A DNA stretch of 52,326 nucleotides from an uncultured Bacilli bacterium (GCA_947624515.1 CANQKN010000003.1:1-52326), one strand, 5' to 3'; numbered from the stretch's first letter, positions 20,007-30,967 are shown. The notes: generated by a model from the letters alone, not told the origin. Program-made: numbers and translations.

Positions 20007-20187
20007 CTATGGATACATTCGTACCATTATAATGGATATAGCTGATTCATAAAAATAAAAGAAATGTTTATATAATATATTTTTTTTGATATTGAAAAGT
20101 ATTTTTTCCATGTGGTGCATTGGTATGGTTAGTAATTCCAATCATGCATGCAAGCTCACGTACACTAACGCATCGATAAACTAGCAT
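20007..20187 (-). pseudogene. Probable frameshifted gene remnant
   Basis: GAGGTGA RBS then MLVYRCVSVRELACMIG...KNTFQYQK; an A8 run is followed by a stop, while a shifted frame continues YKHFFYFYESA for a short distance. Confidence 0.4.
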
Positions 20188-20254
20188 CGTATCACCTCAA
20201 TTTGATTACGACTTATTATAAATTATTATAAGAAAAAAAGCAAGAAATTCTTGC

Positions 20255-21868
20255 TTACAAAGTTGGATAAATATTGGTTCCTACTGGTAATCCTGTTAAA
20301 TACCACAATAGAATGATGGCTAACCATACAAAACTGATAATAAGACAGTATGGCATAATTAATCTTAAAGATCTTCCTATTGTGATTGGTCTTTTCTTAT
20401 TTGGATTATAAATATTTAGGTAACCTACAAATATAACGAAATAAGTTAATAACGGAGTAATTCCTTTTGTCATAGAATCTGTTGCTCTTAAAATAAATTG
20501 AGTAAACTCTGGTGAAATATTAGCTTGCATTAATTTTGGTACCATGATAGGTGCTAATATTAACCATTTAGCTGTTGGTGTTGTATTAAATAAATTAATA
20601 ATGATTAAGATAAAAACAACTAAAATAATTAATGGAATTCCACTAATATCCAACTTACTAATTAAGTTAGCTCCCCATGCTGTTAGTATGGTATCAATGT
20701 TCGTTTTTCTAAATACTGCTATTAACTGTGTAGCAAAGAACACCATAGGAATTAAAGCTGTTACCTCTGTCATATATTTACTTGCTTCTGTTAATAATTC
20801 TTTATCATTTTTTATTGTTTTAGCACCAAAACCATAGGCAAGTCCTGTAGTAATAAAAAATAAGGAAACCATGTAAGTAAAACCATCTTGGAAATAAGAA
20901 TTTGGTCCAAATACTTGACCTAAGTAAGTAGCTTCATTCATATCTAATAACATACCAGAAAAAGGTAAGTTAGGAATTAATGAATAAATAAATATAAGAG
21001 CAAAAATAATAGCAGTAATGGTAGCATATTTCATTCCCTTTTTCTCATGGATTTCAGCAGCTAATTTTCTTTGTTCTTCTTCTTCCACATTTTCAATAAT
21101 TTCTATTTCTCCTGTTCGAATGAAATCATTATTATCTTTGTAACGACCTAATTTAGGAATAATTACCTTTTCAATAATTATGGTACCAACTATTGATAAA
21201 ATAATAGATGTCGTAATAATGATAATTAAATTAGAAGACAAAGAAACATGATAACTAGCATCAATTAACTTTGCTGCTGTTTCTGTTGTGGATATTAAAT
21301 TTACTTCCATTGATCCTACAAATAAAGTTACACCATAACCAAATGCAACTCCACAGAAAGCTGCAATAATTCCAGCTAATGGATTTCTATTATTTTTTAA
21401 AAATACTAAAGCAGCAATGGGAATTAATATTACATATCCAATATCATTAATTAAACTTGCTATCGTTGCTAGAAAAATCACGATAAATGTTATTTTCTTA
21501 TTGTCAATTTTTACTAATACTCTCTTAATAAAAGCATCTAATAATCCTGTTGCTTGGGCTATTGATAATCCAATTAATGAAATTAGTAAAGTACTTAATG
21601 TGGTAAAACTGATAAAGTTTCTAGCTGCATTACTGATTATATACTTTAATCCACTGAAATTAAATAAATTTTCTACTGTTGCTAAAGTATTTTCTAATTG
21701 ACCTGTTGCAACATTAACTGTAGAGTATGTTGCTTGCATCTGTAATAAAGAACAAATTCCACTTATTATCATTACTAAAAAAGTTAATAAAATGTAAGCT
21801 GTAACTGGATGTAGATAAAACTTTTTTAATCTCCATCTTTTTTTCTGTTTCATATTATCAATTTTCAC
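20255..21868 (-). CDS. AbgT-family transporter
   Basis: LHPVTAY, NPLAGIIAAFCGVAFGY, AKWLILAPIMVP, RATDSMTKGITP, GLPVG; start may be ATG 21853. Confidence 0.8.
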   Translation of the reverse strand: MKIDNMKQKKRWRLKKFYLHPVTAYILLTFLVMIISGICSLLQMQATYSTVNVATGQLENTLATVENLFNFSGLKYIISNAARNFISFTTLSTLLISLIGLSIAQATGLLDAFIKRVLVKIDNKKITFIVIFLATIASLINDIGYVILIPIAALVFLKNNRNPLAGIIAAFCGVAFGYGVTLFVGSMEVNLISTTETAAKLIDASYHVSLSSNLIIIITTSIILSIVGTIIIEKVIIPKLGRYKDNNDFIRTGEIEIIENVEEEEQRKLAAEIHEKKGMKYATITAIIFALIFIYSLIPNLPFSGMLLDMNEATYLGQVFGPNSYFQDGFTYMVSLFFITTGLAYGFGAKTIKNDKELLTEASKYMTEVTALIPMVFFATQLIAVFRKTNIDTILTAWGANLISKLDISGIPLIILVVFILIIINLFNTTPTAKWLILAPIMVPKLMQANISPEFTQFILRATDSMTKGITPLLTYFVIFVGYLNIYNPNKKRPITIGRSLRLIMPYCLIISFVWLAIILLWYLTGLPVGTNIYPTL

Positions 21869-22052
21869 TACTTTCTACTTTTTTTAATTTTCGATTAAAT
21901 TCTATCCTTGGTATCATAACTATCCTTCCACAATAACAGCATTTGATTTTAATATCTGCGCCTAAACGGACGATTTCCCAAAGATTGGTACCACAAGGGT
22001 GTCCTTTTTTCATGATGACTTTATCCTTTAATTTATATTCTTTGTTTTCCAT
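21858..22052 (-). CDS. DUF951 family protein
   Basis: MKKGHPCGTNLWEIVRLGADIKIKCCYCGR. Confidence 0.9.
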   Translation of the reverse strand: MENKEYKLKDKVIMKKGHPCGTNLWEIVRLGADIKIKCCYCGRIVMIPRIEFNRKLKKVESSEN

Positions 22053-22083
22053 TATTCACCTCATTTTGTGATATGGTTATATT

Positions 22084-22965
22084 TTAATCATCTAATCCCA
22101 TAATTTCTAAAATTCTATTTAAATCATTGAAATTAACAAAATGTAGTTCTACTTTATTGTTTTTTATTTTTACTTTTGTTCCAAATTTTTCTGATAATTC
22201 TTCTTCTATATTTTTATATTCATTTGGTTTTTGTTCATGTCTTATTTGGATATTTTTTCTTTCTAAAGTAGTATCATGAGATAATTCTTCTATTTCACGA
22301 ACACTTAATCCATCTACTACTACTTTTTCAGCAAGCTCTACTACTTTATTATTATCTTCTATTTTACTAAGAACACGAGCATGACTCATAGAAAGTTTTC
22401 CGGATATAATCATATCTTTTACTTTTTCTGGTAATGTTAATAATCCTAGCATATTGGTAATATGACTTCTACTTTTTCCTAATCTATGGGCTAATTCTTC
22501 TTGAGTTAGTGATAATTCTTCTAATAATTTTTTATAAGCTAAAGCTTCTTCTAACGCATTTAAATTTTCTCTTTGTAGATTTTCTAACAATGCGATTTCC
22601 ATCATATCTTGATCTGAAAAATTTCTAATAATAGCGGGGATTGTTTCCTTTCCTGCTATTTTAGATGCTTTTACTCTTCTTTCACCTGCTATGATTTCAT
22701 AACCTTTAATACTAGGCTTTACAATAATTGGTTGAAAGACACCATGTTCTTTAATAGATTCTGCTAATTCTTTTAAGGCATTTTCATCAAAATTTTTTCT
22801 TGGCTGATAAGGATTACTTCTTAATTCTGATACAGGAATTTCAACAATTTCTTCATTGGTAGAAGAATTAATGATTTTTTCTTCCATTTTTTCATAATCA
22901 AGAGGTTCATTATTAAATAATTCTTCTAATCCTCTTCCTAGAGCCTTTCTTCTAGATGTTTCCAT
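22084..22965 (-). CDS. spo0J: Chromosome partitioning protein ParB/Spo0J
   Basis: RKALGRGL, NPYQPRK, IAGERR, ENLQRE, HTH GKSRSHITN. Confidence 0.95.
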   Translation of the reverse strand: METSRRKALGRGLEELFNNEPLDYEKMEEKIINSSTNEEIVEIPVSELRSNPYQPRKNFDENALKELAESIKEHGVFQPIIVKPSIKGYEIIAGERRVKASKIAGKETIPAIIRNFSDQDMMEIALLENLQRENLNALEEALAYKKLLEELSLTQEELAHRLGKSRSHITNMLGLLTLPEKVKDMIISGKLSMSHARVLSKIEDNNKVVELAEKVVVDGLSVREIEELSHDTTLERKNIQIRHEQKPNEYKNIEEELSEKFGTKVKIKNNKVELHFVNFNDLNRILEIMGLDD

Positions 22966-23740
22966 TTCTCTCAATCACTTCCTTTGCTAAATTTATATAG
23001 GCTTCTGTTGCCCTATGTTTTGGGTCATAAGCTATTATTGGTTTTCCATGAGAAGGAGCTTCTGTTAATTTAACAAGTCTTGGAATAATAGTGTTATATA
23101 CTCTTTCTTTAAAAAATCTACGAATATCTTCTACTACTTCTAATCCAAGTAAAGTTCTGGAATCTAGCATAGTTAGTAGGACACCTTCAATATCTAAATT
23201 TGGATTTAAGTTTTTTTGAGCTAACATAATTGTATTAAGTAATTGAGTAATTCCTTCTAACGCAAAAAATTCACATTGAACTGGGATAATAACAGAATCG
23301 GAAGCAGTTAAGGCATTGGTTGTAATTAAACCTAAAGATGGTGGACAATCAATAATAATATAATTAAATAAATTTTTAATTGGATCTAAATATTGTTTTA
23401 ATTGTGCATTTTTTACAAATCCTTGATTTGTTTTACTTTTTTCCATTAGTTCCATATCTAATCCTGCTAAATTTATAGTTGCAGGTAAAACATATAAATT
23501 TTTATATTTTGTTCTAACAATTGCTTGTGTTATTTCACAGTTTCCTGTTAAAACTTCGTGAATACTATTTTCGATATCTCCTTTATTAATACCAATTCCT
23601 GTTGTTGTATTACCTTGTGGATCAAGATCTATTAATAATACTTTTTTTCCTAAATATGCTAAAGATGCAGAAAGATTAATACTTGTTGTTGTTTTTCCTA
23701 CTCCACCTTTTTGATTTACTAATGAAATAATTTTGCCCAT
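22952..23740 (-). CDS. soj: ParA/Soj ATPase
   Basis: NQKGGVGKTT, DLDPQGN, IDCPPSLG, EAPSHG. Confidence 0.96.
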   Translation of the reverse strand: MGKIISLVNQKGGVGKTTTSINLSASLAYLGKKVLLIDLDPQGNTTTGIGINKGDIENSIHEVLTGNCEITQAIVRTKYKNLYVLPATINLAGLDMELMEKSKTNQGFVKNAQLKQYLDPIKNLFNYIIIDCPPSLGLITTNALTASDSVIIPVQCEFFALEGITQLLNTIMLAQKNLNPNLDIEGVLLTMLDSRTLLGLEVVEDIRRFFKERVYNTIIPRLVKLTEAPSHGKPIIAYDPKHRATEAYINLAKEVIERNGNI

Positions 23741-23829
23741 ACTACCACCTTTTCTTTGTACTCTTCTATTTTAACAGAAATTGTTTAAATAGGAAATGTT
23801 TTTCGAAAAAAAAAGTAGAAGTTCTACTT

Positions 23830-24816
23830 TTATTTATTTTTTTCAATTTTTACTAGGATTTGATAAGTATTTTCAAAATCCATTTCTTCCATACGAATAT
23901 CAAAACCTTTTGTTTCTAATTTCGTTACGGTATTTTTGATTTCACTAATAGCATCTTTTAATGTATAAGAACGGCTGCTTCTTAATAATTGATCTATTTT
24001 TTTCATACTAGAATCTTCTTCATTTATAGTGTTATTGATACTCTTAGAATCGATTTCTTCTTCTAATTCTTCTATTACATCATCCTCATCTAGACTAGGA
24101 AGTGGTAGATCATCAAGAATTTGATCTGAATCATCATATTGATCAGGATTTTTTACTTCTATTTTAGGGCCAGCTTCTGATAAGATGCTATTTTCTTGTA
24201 CTTCAGGTAAAACAGGCTCTCCTTTTAGCACTCTAATTTCATTATCTAAATCCCTTACAGTCATACGATTATTAATAATTTTTCTTAACATATTAATTTG
24301 TTCTTCACTACTATCTAAATTTAATAAACTTCTTGCATGACGTTCTGAAATTTTATCATAAAGAAGTGCTTCTTGTACTTCATCAGGTAAGGATAATAAT
24401 CTCATTTTATTAGCAATGGCTGCTTGGGATTTTCCTAGTGTACGACCTAACTCTTCCTGAGTCATAGAATCTAACTCTAATATTTTTTGATATGTTCTTG
24501 CTTCTTCAATTGCAGTTAAATCTTTTCTTTGAAGATTTTCTAAAAGGGCAACTTTAGAAGCTTCTTTATCATCTAAATTACGGATAATAGCTGGAATTTT
24601 AGTTAATCCTGCTATAACAGATGCTTTATATCTTCTCTCACCTGCTATAATTTCATATTTATCTCCTATTTTTCTAACAATAATTGGTTGAATAATACCA
24701 TGTTCTTTGATAGAATTAGCTAATTCGCTTAGATCGTTTTCATTAAATACTTCTCTTGGTTGAAAACGATTTGGAATAATATCATCTAAATATAATTCTA
24801 CTACTTCTTTATCCAT
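23830..24816 (-). CDS. noc: Nucleoid occlusion protein (ParB paralog)
   Basis: PNRFQPR, IAGERR, GKSQAAIANKMRLL, ISERHARSLL; between rsmG and soj; start MDKE follows AAGAGGG (alternative start 24834). Confidence 0.85.
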   Translation of the reverse strand: MDKEVVELYLDDIIPNRFQPREVFNENDLSELANSIKEHGIIQPIIVRKIGDKYEIIAGERRYKASVIAGLTKIPAIIRNLDDKEASKVALLENLQRKDLTAIEEARTYQKILELDSMTQEELGRTLGKSQAAIANKMRLLSLPDEVQEALLYDKISERHARSLLNLDSSEEQINMLRKIINNRMTVRDLDNEIRVLKGEPVLPEVQENSILSEAGPKIEVKNPDQYDDSDQILDDLPLPSLDEDDVIEELEEEIDSKSINNTINEEDSSMKKIDQLLRSSRSYTLKDAISEIKNTVTKLETKGFDIRMEEMDFENTYQILVKIEKNK

Positions 24817-24955
24817 AAAATACCCTCTTTTCATTCTTCTTATTCTTTTACACTATATACATTATAGCATAAATTTAGAAGTAGACAAGAAAAAAAGTCA
24901 AAATTTGTGGTTTTGACTTTAAAAAGGCTTCCTTAATAAAATTTTTGCAAATATA

Positions 24956-25651
24956 TTATTTTTTGATTTGATCTAATTTTCTTGGATAAATGACATTTGT
25001 CTTTTTATCTTTTTGAATTAAAATAATATTTCGAATACTATTTTCTATTGGTAAAGTAAAAGTTTCTATTTTTTCAATATGGCTATCTAATTTATTTAAG
25101 ATATCTTTACTATTTTCTAATTCCTCTTCAATATTTGCTTTCATAGCTATAAAGTGTCCTTTTTCTTTTACCATTGGAATACATAATTCTGATAATACTT
25201 TTAAATTGGCTACTGCTCTAGCGGTTACAATATCAAATTTTTCACGATTTATTTTAGCATAATCTTCAGCCCTGGTATGGATTGTTTCAATATCAGATAA
25301 ATCCAATTCTTGAATAATCGTATTTAAATAATTGATTCTTTTCTGTAGAGAATCGATTAAAGTTATTTTTAAATTTGGAAATACAATTTTTAAAACAATT
25401 CCAGGAAAACCTGCGCCAGTTCCTATATCACATAAAGAATATTCTTGATTTAAATCTATTACTTTCATTAGTGTTAAACTATCATAAAAGTGTTTTAAAT
25501 AAACATCTTCTTTGTTGGTAATTCTTGTTAAATTCATTTTTTCATTCCAAGCAATTAATAAGTTGTAAAATTTTTCTAATTTATTTAGTTGATTTTGATC
25601 TAAAGATATTCCTAGTTTTTTTGTTGCTTCTATAAATAATTCTAAATTCAT
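24956..25651 (-). CDS. rsmG: 16S rRNA m7G527 methyltransferase
   Basis: WNEKMNLT, KHFYDSL, DIGTGAGFPG, ARAVA. Confidence 0.96.
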   Translation of the reverse strand: MNLELFIEATKKLGISLDQNQLNKLEKFYNLLIAWNEKMNLTRITNKEDVYLKHFYDSLTLMKVIDLNQEYSLCDIGTGAGFPGIVLKIVFPNLKITLIDSLQKRINYLNTIIQELDLSDIETIHTRAEDYAKINREKFDIVTARAVANLKVLSELCIPMVKEKGHFIAMKANIEEELENSKDILNKLDSHIEKIETFTLPIENSIRNIILIQKDKKTNVIYPRKLDQIKK

Positions 25652-27507
25652 ATTCTTTTTTCCTTTTTTAAATAGACCATTAGAATGGAAATATCTGATG
25701 GATTTACACCACTAATACGAGATGCTTGAGCTATTGTTGTTGGTCTTACATCTTTTAGTTTTTGTCTTGCTTCACTTGCGAGATTATGTACTTGATCATA
25801 GTTGATATCAGTTGGAATTTTTACTTTTTCTAAATCTAACATTTTTTGTGCTTCTCTATTAGCCTTGATGATATATCCTTCATATTTTATTTGAATTTCT
25901 ACTTGTTCTATTACCTCGTTACTAAAATTAATTGCAAGCCAATGTTTTAAATTTTCAGTAGTAATTTCTGGTCGTTTTAATAAATCATATAGAGTAATTC
26001 CATCCAATATTTTGGTAGAGTGAATACTTTCTAAATAATCATTATTTTCTTTAGTTGGTGTGATTTTATGATTTTTTAGTAAATTAGTTAACTCTTCAAT
26101 TTGTTTCTTTTTTTCTTGTAATTTTTGATATTTTGCTTCTGATATTAGTCCCATTTGATAACCATATTCTCTTAATCTTAAATCAGCATTATCATGTCTT
26201 AATAATAAACGGTATTCGGCACGAGATGTTAACATACGATAAGGTTCTTTTGTTCCTTTTGTTACTAAATCATCTATTAATACCCCAATATAAGCTTCAT
26301 TTCTTTTTAAGATTAACGGTTCTTGATTATGGATTTTACGAGAGGCATTTATTCCTGCAATAAGACCTTGACCAGCTGCTTCTTCATATCCACTCGTACC
26401 ATTGATTTGTCCTGCTGTAAATAAATTTTCTATCACTTTGGTTTCTAGTGACTGTTTTAATTGAAGTGGATCGATTGCATCATATTCAATTGCATAAGCA
26501 TACTTTAATATTTTAGCATGTTCTAGCCCTGGTAAAGAATGAACCATTTTTTCTTGAACATCTTCTGGCATACTTGTTGAAAAACCTTGAATATAGATAT
26601 CATCATAATAAATACTTTCTGGTTCTAGAAATAATTGATGCCGTTCTTTATCTTTAAATCTTACTACTTTATCTTCTATAGAAGGACAATATCTAGGTCC
26701 AATTCCTTCTACATAACCACCATACATACTAGATTTATCTAAATTTTCATTGATAATTTTATGAGTTTCCGGAGTTGTATAAATTAAATGACATGGTACT
26801 TGATCCTCTATTTTATAGAGTGGTTCATTATCATAAGAAAAAGTATATGGTATGGAATCACCTGGTTCTAGACTTGTTTTAGTAAAATCAATACTAGATT
26901 TATCAATTCTTGGTGGTGTACCTGTTTTTAATCTTTGAATGGTAAATCCATATTCTTTTAATTTATTACTTAAAAATTTAGAAGGTTTCTCTCCATGTGG
27001 TCCACTAACTGTTTTAGTAGCACCTCTTAAAATTACTGCTTTTAAATAAGTACCCGTTGTTAAGATAACAGCTTGGGATTTAATTTGTTCATTATTTTCT
27101 AAAATAACCCCTTTTACAATATTATTTTCTATGATTAAATCTTCAACGATTGATTCTTTTATTTCTAGATTGGATTGTTTTTTCATGGTTTCTAACATTG
27201 CTTTCGGATAAGTAATTTTATCACCTTGAGCTCGAAGTGCACGAACAGCAGGACCTTTTTTTGTATTTAGCATTTTTACTTGCAAACAACTATGGTCAAT
27301 ATTATTAGCCATTTCTCCACCTAAAGCATCTATTTCTCTAACAATAATTCCTTTAGCGGGACCACCAATTGAAGGATTACAAGGCATATCAGCAATGTTT
27401 TTAATATTTCCTGTTATTAATAATGTTTTATTTCCTAATCTAGCAGAAGCTAAAGATGCTTCACAACCTGCATGTCCACCTCCTACTACGATAATGTCAT
27501 ATTTCAT
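25648..27507 (-). CDS. mnmG: tRNA uridine-5-carboxymethylaminomethyl modification enzyme
   Basis: GGGHAGCEA, CNPSIGG, GPRYCPSIEDK, GQINGTSGYEEAA. Confidence 0.98.
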   Translation of the reverse strand: MKYDIIVVGGGHAGCEASLASARLGNKTLLITGNIKNIADMPCNPSIGGPAKGIIVREIDALGGEMANNIDHSCLQVKMLNTKKGPAVRALRAQGDKITYPKAMLETMKKQSNLEIKESIVEDLIIENNIVKGVILENNEQIKSQAVILTTGTYLKAVILRGATKTVSGPHGEKPSKFLSNKLKEYGFTIQRLKTGTPPRIDKSSIDFTKTSLEPGDSIPYTFSYDNEPLYKIEDQVPCHLIYTTPETHKIINENLDKSSMYGGYVEGIGPRYCPSIEDKVVRFKDKERHQLFLEPESIYYDDIYIQGFSTSMPEDVQEKMVHSLPGLEHAKILKYAYAIEYDAIDPLQLKQSLETKVIENLFTAGQINGTSGYEEAAGQGLIAGINASRKIHNQEPLILKRNEAYIGVLIDDLVTKGTKEPYRMLTSRAEYRLLLRHDNADLRLREYGYQMGLISEAKYQKLQEKKKQIEELTNLLKNHKITPTKENNDYLESIHSTKILDGITLYDLLKRPEITTENLKHWLAINFSNEVIEQVEIQIKYEGYIIKANREAQKMLDLEKVKIPTDINYDQVHNLASEARQKLKDVRPTTIAQASRISGVNPSDISILMVYLKKEKRI

Positions 27508-27595
27508 TTTGATACACTTCCTCTTTTTTCTGCATTTTATTATACAATATTTTTCCTTTTTTCGTGGAATTTTTTCATATATTATGAAAAAAATT

Positions 27596-27609
27596 ATTTC
27601 CCGGGAAAT
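27596..27609. promoter_or_regulatory. Noc-binding site (NBS)
   Basis: ATTTCCCGGGAAAT perfect consensus inside a 28-bp palindrome (27589-27616). Confidence 0.85.
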
Positions 27610-27675
27610 AATTTTTAGTGTTAAATTATAATTTTTGTATTATAATTACATTTTTATTAATTAATATTTTATATT

Positions 27676-29031
27676 TTACTTTCCTAAACAAAATTGACTA
27701 AATAATTGATCAATTAATTCTTCTGTATATGTTTCTCCTATTATTTCTCCTAATTTTTCCCATGATCTTTTGATATCAATTTCTATCATATCTATTGGTA
27801 TTTCTTCTTCTATTCCTTTTTCTACTTCTTCTAAGATAGAATAGGATTCTTTAGCTAGAGAAATTTGTCTTACATTACTTAAATAAGTATAATCTTGTTG
27901 CTCCAATTCATTTAGATTAAATAATTCTACTATTTTTTCTTTTAAAGAATCGATTCCATTTAAATCAATGGTATTTGTATAAATAATATTTTTATAAGAA
28001 ATTTCTTCCATATTAATTTTTCTTTCTAAATCATTTTTATTAATTACAACAATTGTTTTCTTATCTTGGCAATAATTTAATATTTTTTGATCTTCTTTCG
28101 TTAATTCTTCATTATTATTTAATACTAGTATGACTAAATCAGCTTCTTGAATTAGATTTAAACTTTTCTCTACTCCTATTTTTTCAACAATATCATTAGT
28201 ATCTCTAATACCTGCTGTATCCATTAAATTTAAAGCCACTCCATGAATCGTAATACTTCCTTCTACTGTATCTCGAGTGGTTCCTTCAATATCAGTAACA
28301 ATTGCTTTTTCTTCATCTAATAAACGATTTAAAATACTACTCTTTCCTACATTTGGTCTACCTATAATAATTGTTTTTATACCATTTGTTAATACTTTAC
28401 CATTTTCTGACTCTGTAATAATTTTTTTTAATTTTTCTTTGATTTCTTTCATTTTTGGTTTTATTTTATCATTGGTCATCACTTCAATATCTTCATATTC
28501 GGGATAATCAATATTTACTTCAATAGATGCTAATAATTCTAATATTTCTTGTCTTAAATTTCTAATAATATTACTAACATAACCATCTAAACTTTTCATT
28601 GCTACTTTTCGTTTTGATTCATTTTTAGCATTAATTAAATCCATTACTGATTCTGCTTGAGTTAAATCAATTCTTCCATTTAAAAAGGCACGTTTTGTAA
28701 ATTCTCCTGGTTCTGCTAGTCTTGCACCATGATTTAAAACTAATTCTAATACTTTATTTGTAGTTGAAATTCCACCATGACAATTAATTTCTACTACATC
28801 TTCTGTAGTAAATGTTTTAGGTGCTTTCATTACTGATACTAATACTTCATCTATTTCTTCTTCTTGATCTATAATATGACCATAATGAATGGTATGAGTA
28901 TCTACTGTTTCTAAATCTTTACCTTTAAATATTTGATTTACAATAGAAATAGCATTTTCTCCACTTACTCTAATAATAGAAATAGCACCTACTCCTAAAG
29001 TTGTAGAAATAGCAGCAATTGTATCATTCAT
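27676..29031 (-). CDS. mnmE: tRNA modification GTPase
   Basis: DTIAAIST, GRPNVGKSS, GTTRD, DTAG, C-terminal FCLGK. Confidence 0.98.
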   Translation of the reverse strand: MNDTIAAISTTLGVGAISIIRVSGENAISIVNQIFKGKDLETVDTHTIHYGHIIDQEEEIDEVLVSVMKAPKTFTTEDVVEINCHGGISTTNKVLELVLNHGARLAEPGEFTKRAFLNGRIDLTQAESVMDLINAKNESKRKVAMKSLDGYVSNIIRNLRQEILELLASIEVNIDYPEYEDIEVMTNDKIKPKMKEIKEKLKKIITESENGKVLTNGIKTIIIGRPNVGKSSILNRLLDEEKAIVTDIEGTTRDTVEGSITIHGVALNLMDTAGIRDTNDIVEKIGVEKSLNLIQEADLVILVLNNNEELTKEDQKILNYCQDKKTIVVINKNDLERKINMEEISYKNIIYTNTIDLNGIDSLKEKIVELFNLNELEQQDYTYLSNVRQISLAKESYSILEEVEKGIEEEIPIDMIEIDIKRSWEKLGEIIGETYTEELIDQLFSQFCLGK

Positions 29032-29089
29032 TTTAATCCCTCTTTCGATAGCATTATACTATCACTTTTTTTTAAAAAAGAAAAGAAGA

Positions 29090-29704
29090 TTATTCCTCTT
29101 CCTTTGGTTTAATTACAACACAACGATTTGGTTCTTCGCCTTCACTTTCAGTTGTTACTTTTTTATTTTCTGCTAATATGGTATGAATAATTCTTCTCTC
29201 ATAAGAATTCATTGGATCTAACTTTGCTGGAATTTTAGTATATGCTACTTCTCTAGCAGTTTTTTTAGCAAGTGATTCTAACTTTTGTTCTCTTGCTACT
29301 TTATATTCACCAATATCTAATACGAAAGGAAAATATTCTCCTATTTCATTATGAATCATTTGTTTTACTATTAAAGTAATAGCTTCTAATGTTTTTCCAT
29401 TCTTTCCAATTAAGATTGAATTATTATCAGAAATAACTGTAATATTCATTCCATTTTCTCTTTTCTTTACTTCTAAATTACAACTAAGACCCATATTATG
29501 AATCAATTCTTTTATGTATTCTTTGATATATTCAATCACATCATCTTTTCTAATTACTTCAATTTCTACTTTTTTATTAAATAATCCTGATTTCACTTCT
29601 ACTTCTTTAATATATAAATTTTCTTCTAATTCTTGAAGTGCAATTTTAGCGTTATTAATTGCTTCTTCCTTATTTTTTCCACTATATCTATTTTTTATTA
29701 ACAT
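29090..29704 (-). CDS. jag: Jag/KhpB/EloR RNA-binding protein
   Basis: KH LIGKNGKTL; R3H MNSYERRIIH; SEGEEPNR. Confidence 0.92.
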   Translation of the reverse strand: MLIKNRYSGKNKEEAINNAKIALQELEENLYIKEVEVKSGLFNKKVEIEVIRKDDVIEYIKEYIKELIHNMGLSCNLEVKKRENGMNITVISDNNSILIGKNGKTLEAITLIVKQMIHNEIGEYFPFVLDIGEYKVAREQKLESLAKKTAREVAYTKIPAKLDPMNSYERRIIHTILAENKKVTTESEGEEPNRCVVIKPKEEE

Positions 29705-30624
29705 ACTTCTTTACTCCTTTTTACTATTAAATTTTGAATTACAGTAAATAAGTTAGTCGTAATCCAATAAATACATAAAGCTGTTGGCATAAAGAATCCC
29801 ATTACGATAATCATAACTGTCATTACAGTAGTCATATTTTTCATTGGATCATTTTCTGATTGGGCTGTTGTTTTATTTAAACTAAATGAGAAATAAGTTG
29901 TTAATCCAACTAGTAGAATTAAAATGATATAAATCCAATTTCCATTAGTTAATAGTCCAACTGATGGTGTTGTTCCTAATTGTAATCCTAAAAAGTTATC
30001 TTCAAATAATGCTGGAACACGATTGATTGCTTCTAGGAATGCTATAAATAAAGGTAATTGAATAAAACCATATAAACAACCTGATATCGGATTAATATTA
30101 TATTTTTTATAAATCATCGTCATTTCTTGACTTTTTCTCATAATTGATTCTTGATCTGTTTTATTAGCATATTTTTTTTCTAGACGATCTAAATCTGGCT
30201 TCGCTTTATTTAATAATTCTGATTGTAAAGCTGTTTTCTTCGTAATTGGATAAGCAATTAAACGAATTATAATACTGGTAATAATCAATGCTAAAGCAGC
30301 ACTTTTTACATATTTATTAAACCACAAAATAACAAATGCTAATGGTTTAACAAAAATACTATTCCATAATCCTTCATATCCTCCACTGGTAATTTTAAAA
30401 TTACTACATTTTGGATATTTTGATAAATCTACGCCATTTTCTTCATAAGCTTTAATCGTTTCTTTATTTTCCGGTTGGCACAAAATATTTTCTGTTAAAC
30501 TTTGACCAGTTTCTGGATTAATAACTGCTTTCTTATCAGAACCTTTTAAGGTTTTAGTACATCCAGTTGTTAGTAATAAAATTAATACTAGAACAATTAT
30601 TAAACTTTTTTTACTTTTTTTCAT
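29698..30624 (-). CDS. yidC: Membrane protein insertase YidC/SpoIIIJ
   Basis: Lipobox LLTTGC; INPISGCL..IQLP; ALCIYW. Confidence 0.92.
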   Translation of the reverse strand: MKKSKKSLIIVLVLILLLTTGCTKTLKGSDKKAVINPETGQSLTENILCQPENKETIKAYEENGVDLSKYPKCSNFKITSGGYEGLWNSIFVKPLAFVILWFNKYVKSAALALIITSIIIRLIAYPITKKTALQSELLNKAKPDLDRLEKKYANKTDQESIMRKSQEMTMIYKKYNINPISGCLYGFIQLPLFIAFLEAINRVPALFEDNFLGLQLGTTPSVGLLTNGNWIYIILILLVGLTTYFSFSLNKTTAQSENDPMKNMTTVMTVMIIVMGFFMPTALCIYWITTNLFTVIQNLIVKRSKEVC

Positions 30625-30967
30625 TTTGTTCTCCTTTATTTTTGCTTTTGTTCATTAATTCAAGAAAGTTATTTTCTAATTCTTGGTAATTAGATTCTAA
30701 ACAACTTCTTTTCATTATTATAATATAATCTTGATTATTTTCATATAGTTTTTTATGATTATCGATAATACTTTTTAACTTTCTTTTTAATTGATTTCTA
30801 ATTACTGCTTTATTAGAAATTTTTTTTCCAACAGAAATTCCAAAACGATAATATGGTAAATGATTTTCTATCCTATATAATATATAAAAATTATTTTTTA
30901 TCAATTTACCTTTATGTATTGCTTTTTCAAAATCTTTGCTATCTTTCACAATATTTATTTTTTTCAT
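30611..30967 (-). CDS. rnpA: Ribonuclease P protein component
   Basis: RFGISVGKKISNKAVIRNQLKR. Confidence 0.95.
   Translation of the reverse strand: MKKINIVKDSKDFEKAIHKGKLIKNNFYILYRIENHLPYYRFGISVGKKISNKAVIRNQLKRKLKSIIDNHKKLYENNQDYIIIMKRSCLESNYQELENNFLELMNKSKNKGEQNEKK

Noticed and set aside
27589-27616. REP/MITE-like dispersed palindrome or merely a SmaI site
   Set aside because: Better explained as the Noc-binding consensus, with noc present in the window.
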